Assembly: GCF_964204645.1 (NCBI RefSeq)
Contig: NC_134036.1
Location: 1,612,001-1,676,000, forward strand
Length of the DNA: 64,000 nucleotides
Reading direction: 5' to 3'
DNA from: Tubulanus polymorphus
Lineage: Eukaryota > Animalia > Nemertea
A program made the translations under genes and the position numbers. Positions 24,430 to 36,000 of the stretch are shown in pieces. The notes beneath the pieces are model-generated. The model searched no databases. It had not been told where the DNA came from and was given only the letters and a program-made list of their open reading frames with translations. Position 1 is the stretch's first letter. Each line of letters starts with the position of its first letter.

Positions 24430-27056
24430 ATTCCGATAGTTGACCTAAATTGTTTAAATCTACCGCCAGGTGCGAGTAGGTTCGAATCCCAGTGTGTCGT
24501 TAATAACTTTGTTTTTATTTTATTAGGACAATTTTATGTTTTCTGTTGTTGGGTAATATTGTATATTTTACGGTCTCCCTCCATGTGCCACAGAATTAAT
24601 GGTTGTGAGGAAATAAAATCCTAATCTTTAGTCCCCACGAACATTTTCGAATGGGGTCGAACCCCGCCGTCTTCTCAGACTCCATAAGTGTTTCTACTCG
24701 GACTCGTCACAATCAAAATCCTTCGCTTAAATTGAACATTGGAAAGTTCGGCGAGATCTTAACGCAATTCTGCGAGGGGATGCGCAGGGACAAAAAAAAT
24801 GTCACGCATGCGTCCGCGTCCAATAGACCGTACCGGTAGAATCTGGGGCGCATTACACGTTGTATTAAGGCCCAAAAAATCAAGACCCGCTTTCCTGGTG
24901 CAGTAGCTATGGACCATGCCCTACAATTAGATTTTTTTCTGATTTCCCAGTGGGCCCGGCAAAATCGTCTCGCATCTAGGGTGTAGGGATGCGATCCAAG
25001 CCCTCGTCCGGACACTACAGCACCAACAAGAAAAAACCAATAAATTAAAAAAGCAAACGAAATTTGAGCAAACAATTTTATTCCCAGTAACATCGTTACA
25101 TCTATGTTAATAGTCATATTAATAATTATTATTATTGTCAGTGTCAGATTCAACCGACAGATGGCGCCATAGATAAGCAGGGTTTAAAAATGAAAAAGTA
25201 ACATCGTTTTCAAAAATTATATATGATCTCTTCGTGCCAAAGTTATGAAACCGGGCCAAATTATTCCTTTATTTATTATTATTCTAAATATTTAATCTCT
25301 ATGAATTTTAATTTTCGGACCCTCCACGTGATTTCCCCACAAATATAATGAACATCTTTCAATCAATCGATCCTTGGTTTTTCAAAAAATATACTCTTTA
25401 ACAAATTGACAATATATCGATGGGCTGCCTCGGACAATAATTTACTTTTATGATTAATTTCGATAAAAATAGAAAAGAAATACGCTATTTTTTCTTATTT
25501 TAGGGGTTCGAACTCAGTGCCAAATCATCCATTTTGTGAACTGAGCCACGCGAGGCTTATTTGCATATTAATTCGCTACTTAATTTATTCAGCATTAAGG
25601 TTCGAATCCCACATTTTTCTGAGAATCATCTACGTTCAAAGGGTGACATTTTATATAATTGAAAGCTTTGATATCTGAATAATTAGAACTCACAGCCTTT
25701 CTCCCGCAAATAGCCATCAATAACTGATATTGAAATGCGGTAAAAAAAAACAAACTAATTTTGTTTAGAAAATACTTAGTTTTGTGCTACATCAGTTTTT
25801 TGTCATTTGTTTAGTCATTAATTAAATGAAATCTGAGAAAAAAAATCATGGTCATTTTTCTTTTCCTTTCATGTTGCATAGTTTCGTTTATAAAGAAGAC
25901 TTTGAAATATATCCGGCGGTTTACTAAATACACGGCACATTGATCTACAAGCTATAGTGCTATTGAACACCGCTAGATGGCGAGTGCGAAGCCGTAAGAG
26001 AGAAAGTGGCCAGCTCGCTGCGTGGAGAAATATCTAACAGTTATCATTGTACATAGCGGTTTAGTTAGCAGGAGACTAGTGAAAGCATAGAAATATATAT
26101 CATCATCGAGTCCCTGATAGTTCCATAGTTTTAAGAGGGAATTTGGCACAGACAAAGGGTGTCCATCCAAACTGTTTGGTCCCTGTAAAATGGCATAATT
26201 TAACTGGCCCTGTACCATGGTTCTAAAACTTTGGTTAAAGTTAAGCCGTCAACCTGTATCATGGAACTCATTTTTGAACAGTAGACTAATGTTTACCACG
26301 GTATCAAAACACCGATTAACAATGAACTATTCACCTTTACAATGGCACTAAAACACTGGTTAAGGTTAAGCTATAAACCTGTATCATGGAACAGTTAATT
26401 ATCCATTGTACACCGTGGTATTAAAACACTGATTAACATTGAACTATCCACCTGTACCATGGTACTCGCTTATCAAACCGACCCCCGTGCTGTGACTCCG
26501 AAATTTCGTAATGGCGTTTGCTATGCGTTTGCTAAGGCTGTACCCTCTCCCCCTCTCCTTCCCGCACACTATCCGTGCATTGATTAATAAATAAGATGCT
26601 AATAAGAAGCATAGCGATCATGCATAAGGTCTCAATTGCACTATCAGCCGCTAGGTGGCAACACATGTGTTTTAAGGGCTATGAACACATATTCTCAATG
26701 CTTTGCATAATTGAATCCACACTTTATACGAAATTCACGTCTCCATATCTTTAGCCCCCCTCCGAGTTCACAGCGTTTCCGTAATAACCATACAACAGAG
26801 TTCCCCTAACACACGGCGCAACTGATTCCATATTTATACACCAGATGGCAGCATCGGACGACGTCCCCGTTATCATCATAGTCTCGCTCAGCGCGCATAG
26901 AAAGCAGGTTGTTTTTAAATAATACCACTTTGTATAAGCAACGATACTAAATATACAATTTATATGCATAATTTTTAGTAACCGATCGCGTTTTTTAAAC
27001 AGAATTTCATAATCAGCAGTTTGACAGTAATCCACTAGGTGGCGCGCGCGCGTGCT

Positions 27057-30000
27057 CTACGTATATAACGGTTTTCCCAGTATATAGTTGCCCGGTTCGG
27101 TTTCGACGGCGCTGGTCAAATATTCGAACCACAACTTCTCAAATCGGTCTTCTGTGATTTTGAGTTTTGAGCTCGGGCTCAAAGGCGTAGTCGGTGTAAC
27201 TGGCTGCAACGATAAACAATAAACACATTCAATTAGAGCCCTAATAAAGAGACCTGGTCCGGGCCCTGTTTTAGAGATTGGTGTTACCTTTAACCCGGGG
27301 TTAACTCCATTGATAATGAGCTGAGTTAACCCCAGGGTTAAAAGTAATACCAGTCTTTAAAACTGAGCTCTGGGATTCCATAGCCAGGCGCGGATCCAGG
27401 GAATAAGGGAACTGACTATTATTGGGGAGGGCACTTTCTATGTCAAATCACGGCAAAAAGGGCACTTAACATCAAACTTGTGCAGGGTTTCGTACCGTGG
27501 CAATCTCAATGCCATCAGGTTCGAATCCCTGCCGAGAGGAAGGGGGCGGGTGATGTTTAAAGTTTGGATGATACACATACCTCGTTGGTAGCGGAGTATT
27601 TACTAGGCGACGGCGGGGTGTCGAACATACCAATCGATCGACTCAATCGTTCGTACGCGTCCTCGATATCGAAATCCGGTATTTCAAACGCCTGCAAACA
27701 CAACTTATATTCCTCTTTGTCGATCACTCCATCTCCTGCAAATAGATGGCGTATTTGTGAATTTAGTAGTGGTTGCATGGCTGTTGTAGGCTCCGTGGAG
27801 CCGTTTAGCTAAAGTAATGTAGACATTTAGATGCACTAAAGTGACATTGCATTTATAGGGACATTCCACGCTCGTGTGCCTAGTGGATCCTGTATTGACG
27901 CATTAGCTTCCCCAGTTATTCTCTGTGACTACGGGTGGAGAACCGACTTCACACTATAGCCACCTAGCGTTAATAACACACTGGCAAGTTACACAGTAAA
28001 TGTTGTGTGAACACTACAGATACATAATTTTCCCTTAGAGAAATATATAGATGTCGCTATTAGAGAGACACATTTTCACTGCAGCGCTCCTAGCGGATCC
28101 TCAATTGCCACAGTAGCAACGTATCTCGACTTACCGTTTACATCCATGCAGTTAAACATGAAATCCTTGAGATCTTTTTGGCACTGGTAATGAACTCTGC
28201 CGTCTTTAGACGTTTCAGGCCACTTGTCACCGGCCAGTTTTGCCGCCTCGACGAAATCTCCCCAATAATGCTGCCACTCATCTCGTCCAATCTGAAATAA
28301 CAAAATAGATTTAATGTCCCAATGAAAATATCCAACATCAACTTCATCGAAAGTCTAAGGCTCGACAATAAAATCCGAAATCTACAGCTGCAGCTTTCTA
28401 CATTTTCTTGTTTCTTGTAGGGAATTACAAACACCCTTCCACGAATGTGGCTGCCTCCATAAATCCCCCTATGACATCATCAAATTGTCTACTAGTGTTT
28501 ACGAACTATCGACACTTCTTGAAAAGATGTCTGCATCCATAAATCGCCATATGACATCATCAAATAAATATGGTGAATGTGGTTGCATTTATGACTATGA
28601 TATCATCGGATTTCTAAGGCTCAATATCAATTTGATGACGTCATATTTATGAAGGCAGATTAGGGGGAACAACGTATCCATTTGTTAAGCCTAAGTTGGA
28701 TTTTGGTACCAAAGTAGCCGGTCGCCTCTTCTTGGTGGGAGGTTTCACTTACGTTCATGACTAAAGCGTTGCTAACCGCTTTGTAAACCAATGTGCCTTT
28801 TATAAGTCCGGCCCATATGCTGGCGATTCGATTCTGGAAATCTTTGAAACCCGGATTCAACGGCGACCATTGTCGAATATTCGTTGCCAATTTCAACAAT
28901 CGGAAGAAGTCGTTATGATTCACCGTATCGCCGTCAGATGGGGCTACAAGAAAAATGGAATCGTAAATGAGGAGAGCGTATGTCGAAATGGTCGACTAAT
29001 GAATAAAGATTATCCTAACTTCGACACCCCTCGACCTTCTCCCAGGACGCACCCATAATAACCGACAACCAAACCCACAGACATGATATTTGTAAGAGTG
29101 CGTTGCCCTCTACCCCTGGGCCCGGTTTCATAGACTGAGTATCAAAGTTATCCCTAGGGGTAATTCCTCAATATGGCTGACAAGCACCATAGTAACGATA
29201 AGAAACCATGGTTATAACTGAACAAATTTCAAAATGTTCCCAGGGATTATTTTTCTTCGACATCTATGAAACCCAGCCCTTCTTCCTACTTATATGGAAG
29301 GCCATTTAAAGAAGACTTTACGTAGCCTTGTTGTAGCCGCTTAATGATATTGACTTAGGTAGTAAGGTCTATTGACGATATCCGTGGCGACTTGTCGTTC
29401 AATTCCGTGACCTTAATCAGTATTATTACGCGTCTCAATCCAAAACATGTCTATCCTTGACTGGGAACCTGTCGACAAGAACTGCATTTCAGTGCAAAAT
29501 CTGCTTAATGGGGATCGGATGATTATCGAATCTTGAATAGAGATATAACGATAAGGGCGACCCACATTGGAATACATTGTACGTGTAAAATTAGTTGCAG
29601 CTTTATACTGTACAAACAATAAGGGCAGATGGCAGTTTTCACTAGGAAAACTGCAGGGTTTGACATTTACTATGAACCCGACATTACAGCCAACAGTATA
29701 TCATTGCATTCCGGTACCTGGCTTATGACATTGAAGTTAGGACGGACTGCACCGAAGAGGATCCTGAGGCTAGTGTGGGTAGAGATGCGTTCAGCGAGGG
29801 CCGTTGCAGATACAAGAAGAATGGAGGATGGAATATGAGTTCTGCTAAAAAAAGCTTCAATGGTTTCAATAGTGGCGAGATTGACAGAAGGCAATACGGA
29901 CCACGAAAGAATCTGGACTTGGGAATACAGTAGATTAGGAAATACCGTCTTCAACTGGCTAGAGATCGTACAAATAACAACAACGAGCCACAACAAGAGA

Positions 30001-33000
30001 TTTACTTGAACGTTCATTGGCAAAACCGAACCGCATCAGCAGCAGCAAAAAGAAGCTGAACATGGAAGTATTATAGGTGACGAGAAACCTCACCTTGAAC
30101 TGGCAGAAAATTATAACAATTGACAAGAGAAGCCTCTTTTACACCTGTACAGAGTGACTTTCCTACTGGCAGCATACTGATCAAGAACAAAAAGTTGTCA
30201 AGTGAAACTGGGAAAGGTTATCAGAGCAGAGGAACTATCAGAGCATAATCATCTTGAAGAGGACTTTCATATTTGAAACACACCTCCTGCAATTGTAAGT
30301 AAGAAACCGATAGGCCTTCTGTGATCTCCTTTAAATGTAACATAGATATTCACTTTTCTTCTCAATAATGATTTAACAGCTAATGGTCGCGTGCGTGTAT
30401 ATCCCACGACGGAGGATGATAATCCTGATCAGTACCATCCTTATTGTCAATGCGATGATTTGGTACGCGTTCTGGTGGCGAGGGTACGAGACTGTCTCGA
30501 TGATAAGTCGTCGCAGCAATGGTAGTTCAGAGGTCGTTAGGAAAATGTCGCTGTCATTTGTCGGAGATATAATGGTTCACGACGCCATTTTGAAATCTGC
30601 TTACGACAAAAACACGTCTAAATACGACTTCAATCCGATCTTTAGGTATTGCATTTTTCCTCTTGACAATTCTCGATCGAAGCTGATCAGGAATGGGCTT
30701 AAGTTGATCGTACGATCGACTTTGGGGAGAGATTGGATTAGGTCAAATAATTGTTTCAACACCCAAGGGTATGGTTAGTTGCTTATCCAATGGGTTTTGG
30801 CGTGGTCAATACCAAGGTTTAAAAACGGTCTTAAATAATATTTGGTATAAAACTTGCCAATAGAACCGCGATGGACAATAGACTACCATTTACTCTCTGA
30901 ACCTTTATTCATTTCCCATATATACTTTCAGACACGTTAAGCGCCACCTGTCGGCCACGGACTTCACTATCGGTAATCTAGAGGTAGTCGTCGGTGTTGA
31001 ACCGTACGGACAAGTTAAATCTAATTATCACGCTCATCCGCTGTTTTCAGCGCCACCTGAACTCGTTGAAGCATTACGTAACGCCGGATTCGACGTCTTA
31101 GTAACTGCCAACAATCACGCTACCGACCTCGGCGACGAAGGCATCGTTAAAACGCTACAAACGTTAGACGCTTACGGTCTACGTCACACGGGCACGTTTG
31201 CCAACGCGCCGGATCCAAACTCGCCGTTGATTATAGAAAAAGGTGGCATGCGCGTCGCCATCTTGTCTTACACGAAACGATCCCCGCTTAGTACAGAACA
31301 TGTATCGCCCCCTATCGTCGTGAACTATCTCGATAAAGAGAGGATACGCGACGACGTGCGTGGCGTGAGGGACTCCGGGGTCGACGCGATCGTGGCCGTC
31401 GTTCACTGGGGCAAGGAATACCAGGAACATCCCGATAAACTACATCAGCAATACTGGTTAGACTATCTAAACGAATTAGGGGTGAAGGTCGTTATCGGGT
31501 CGCATCCTCACGTGTTGCAGCCGATGATCTGGAACAGGGCAGACGACTCTTTAGTCGTTTATTCGCTCGGTAACTTCCTGGCGAAGATGCACCACGGCAT
31601 CGTCATGCTCAAAGGCGCCGCCATTGTTCGCGTCGACCACGAGCTGCGAAAAGGTGGCGCCACTACTGTTGTAAATGTCAATACGACCGATTTAGTTTTC
31701 GAAAGTCGAATTTCGATAACGAATGTCGATTATCGATTGACGTATGTCGATTCGACTAGTGATGGTAAATTTTCGGTGATTCCCGTTCGGGAATTCGCGC
31801 CGCGAAAACTCGAAAACAGCGGCAACAACGAAACCATGACGAATTTACAGACGTTCGTTAAACAAGCAACTGAACTTCTAGACAACGAGAATGTGAATGT
31901 ACCAGAAATTGTGTAGAGAATTTGAACCGTAGTTTGCTCAAAATATGGTTTAAGGGGCCGGTTCCAGTTTCTAATGTCATGGCTTAGACTAATTCTACAT
32001 TCCTGAGGATATGGTTAAAGTAAACCATCTGGGGCCCGGTTCTAATGTCATGGCTTAGACTTAAGAATAGTCTAAGACCATCTTAGTTATAAAGCTATTC
32101 TAACAGCTTATGACAAACCCTGTGATTAAGACTACTTTTTAAGAACCGGGTTTGAGCGGCTGTTGCACATTCAAACCACAACATTCCTGAAGAAGATGGC
32201 TATTAGGTTATAGTCGAAATGACGAATCAATGAATAATTGGCACAAAATGACATTCTATTATCTGTTACACGTTTTAGGTTAATCTGACTTGGAGATCAA
32301 GACCTTTAGGCCGTGTCTATGGTTTAGGCGTATCTACGTAGTTCACAAGCTGGCAAGAAATGTCGCCGGCCAAATACCTTATACAGCCATTACCACCATT
32401 CAATTATGAATGAAGTTGCAATGATTTATTTATTTAGTTACCCTCCTGGTAAGGAGGGCTTCAAAAATAGTCTATAGACTCATTGATTGTTCCTCTCCAC
32501 GGAAATCTTTAGTAAAAGGCGAAAGATTTAAACGCGGTTGAAGAGAAACCAGAGTGATTCAGCTGACAGTCCTCGAGGTATTTATACCCCGGATCCATTG
32601 CCTTTATAAACGGTGTTTTACTTTCGAATAATATGAATATTTTCTACCACCAAATTGTCGTCAAAGTCAGAAGTTTCCACAGAGTTCAGTTGGAATTTTA
32701 CTCAGATTTAAATCCAATTTATTTAGTTTAAAACCCAATTTATTCAAAGTTTAAAATATCTAAAGTTAATTTTATTTCATCAAAATGAAAATCAAAAAGC
32801 GCGACATTTCAGGTGTGACGACTGATGACGATCTGCTGTGAGAGTTCGAAACGCCGTGCTTTGAATAAATAAAATTCGTTTGTTTTTTAATCTTTTAAAC
32901 TTTCTTGGTAGGTTTAAAGTGTTTGATATTATATTCTTCAAGTCTTAGAGTACTGTAACTAATTTAGTAGTCACGCTGAGAAGCCGATCCCATACTGGAA

Positions 33001-36000
33001 GGACAAAACACAAACCCTGGGCCATGACTTAAGTGGTCCAATAGTGGTCTTAAATCCTTAGATTGGTAGTAAAATGTTACATCGTCTATAACACCAAAAT
33101 GGTCTTAGACTGGACTTAAGCGACGCAAAGATCTAAGATTTAAGATGGCTCCAGATCTAGCTATGCCAAGCGGATACTGACTAATTTAGTAGTCACGCTG
33201 AGAAGCCGATCCCATACTGGAAGGACAAAACACAAACCCTGGGCCATGACCATGGACGTATAAACTAGATATCTAGTTTATACGTCCATTGCCATGACTT
33301 AAGTGGTCCAATAGTGATCTTAAATCTTTAGATTGGTAGAAAAATGTTACATCGACTATAACACCGAAATGGTCTTAGACTGGACTTAAGTGACGCCAAG
33401 ATCTAAGATGGCTCCAGATATAGCGATGCCGAGTGGATGCTGGTCCACGATAATCAGGACATGGTGTCCAATGGGACAGAATTTAAGAGCTGGGTATTCA
33501 TATTATCTTGAAGGTTACCCTCCTGGGTAGGAGGGCTTCAAAAATAAGTCTATAGACTCATTGATTGTTCCTCTCCACGGAAATCTTTAGTAAAAGGCGA
33601 AAGATTTAAACGCGGTTGAAGAGAAACCAGAGTGATTCAGCTGACAGTCCTCGAGGTATTTATACCCCGAAACCATTGCCTTTATAAACGGTGTTTTGAT
33701 TTTGCAAAAAATGGTTAAAAAGTTATTTAGACATTTTCTACCTCGAAATCGGTGTCAACAATTTCGTCAGATTTCTATTAGCAAATTTATTTCCATTTAT
33801 GTTCGTTTATCTTGAGCTAATAGACAAACGATGATGATGTCCTAGTAACAGATAATGTCAATTTTCACTCTGCTAAACAGATAATGCCGCGCTTTCCGTG
33901 AGTACTCGGTAAATTCCGTAAATCTCCGACCGACATGCTCGGCTAACAATGACACTTGTCAACCTACATTGCGAATCTTTCGATTGCCTAGTTTAACAAG
34001 AGAATGTTTGTCAAGATTTCGTCCAACCGTTCACGATAATCTTCCCGACTCTTTGATCGCGTTATGAATAAACAGCAATTTTGATCTCGAAACTTCATTC
34101 TTGTTGGTTGGGTTTTTAATCCAGCGAAGAAAGGAGTGGTCTCTAGTGTAGTGAAAGTGATCCATTTGGCATTCCACAAGTACATTATATATACCTTCAA
34201 TATGAAGTGATCGTTTGATCTCCAAAGAGATCACTCGACCTAAATTGCTCACTGTAAAGGTGTCACCTCGCTTGTTGACTGGGTCCCCATCAACTTTTGA
34301 CGTCAAGTTAGTCAGAATTGGGCCAGCCATTCGAAGTAAAATGTCGATATTAAAATGCCACCAGACATAGTGCCAACAACTTCATCCACATGACACACAA
34401 CCTTTCGCCTTCCCTTTCCTCCACAATTATACCTTCAAACAAATTTCCCAGGAATTTGGGATGACGATTCCGATGTTCAGTAATGAATGAAAGATCTGAG
34501 AACATTTGAGAGATTAACTTCCCTTCCCCCAACAGCAACTGATGCTGATGCAACTCGACATCGAAATGAGATGTTAAGCAATGATTGAGGACTAAGTGAT
34601 GATAGAAGAAAAAACCGATGCAGATGCAACTGATGCTGATGCAGCTGATGATGATGCAGCTGATGATGATGCAACTGTAATGTAGGACGTACTTGGCAAA
34701 TAAGCATTTTTAACCGGGTCGGAATATATATAATTAGCTGACATTAACGGATAAAAAGTCGACTAATATCGTCTGCTCCTGATGTAGTTCTAAATGCATT
34801 ATCTATGTGTATATTCTCTATACAATGGATAATAATGCGATAATGCTAATCTGTTCAGGCCAAACAAATGAACATTCGTGTTTTACAGTACGAGAATAAA
34901 ACCGCAGCAATTAATGGCAGATAATTATTCGGCTACAACCTGCTAACGATACTGGACCTAGGGCTTCTAAGCAGTTTGGCAATTCGTGGCATCAACAGGG
35001 TAGGCCGGGTGATTCTGTCCATGTTCAACGAGAGGGCTATGCCATTATTTGATCACGTTGGGTTGGCTCAGCCTGGTATGAAATGCATCGTTTGGTATGG
35101 CAATACACTTGAGGAATGTTGTGAGTTATGATAAGCTCACTGTGAAGATCAGAGGCAACTTGAGCATCATCGGCTTCATGCCACCATCCAGGATGCCAGC
35201 GTCACCCCATGCAGTGGCGAGATGGATGAGTTTGCAGCCTTTGTCGGACACTTTGCCGCCCATAAGCTTGCGATACGTTCATCTAATACGATGGCCTAGC
35301 ATAAAAATGCTGGATATGATGGGGCTTGCTCACTACATGGTGAATTATTAGGACTATGATTGACATGGGAAAGATGATAACCATGTATCAAGGGCTACAT
35401 GTTACTTAGGATGGCCTTGTCTGAGCATTTGGAATGCATGCTGCTAGTTAGAATGGCGTTGGTAGCAAAGGTTTTTCAACACACAAAAAAACGTTCCTGT
35501 ATTTTTTGTTCATGGTCTAAAGGATCCCCAGGCTACTGTTTGTGTATATGTATGTGTGGCCTGTTAGCCGTCAATTCAACCCCGATAATTGCGGCTATAA
35601 ACTACAATTAAAGCACTGATATATCATTAGTAGCCAGATTATCCGGGGTGTTTTTTTAAACACGGCGTTGTTTATGCGAGGCCTTGACGCGAACGAGAAC
35701 CAGGGTTTAAATCAAACAAAACACACCATAATAATTGAGGCGGGTGAAATTAGTGTATCTATGACGACGGCCCTAACGACCCATAAAACAAGAGAAAACG
35801 GCTAATATTGTTGTTACCAATCGAATGTCGCCAAAGTTGGAAACGCACGCGGACCCACCTATCAGAATTCAACTTTCACTACTACTGCATTTAATATATC
35901 AGCTTTCACTCTCAGCATTTCATCAGCTTATGCTCACTGTTCAAACAAACACATTCAAACTGTGTTTATCCATATATGCATTGCAATATGATTTGCATTA

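Noticed and set aside
30383-31916. capA as bacterial contamination
   Set aside because: It contains a GT-AG intron with a pyrimidine tract, has no operon neighbours, and is flanked by host repeats and U5 genes.
33780-35620. Coding-like fragments, possibly a decayed transposon (also 29400-30290 and 40940-41340)
   Set aside because: Short, stop-interrupted frames with no motif I can assign confidently without a homology search.
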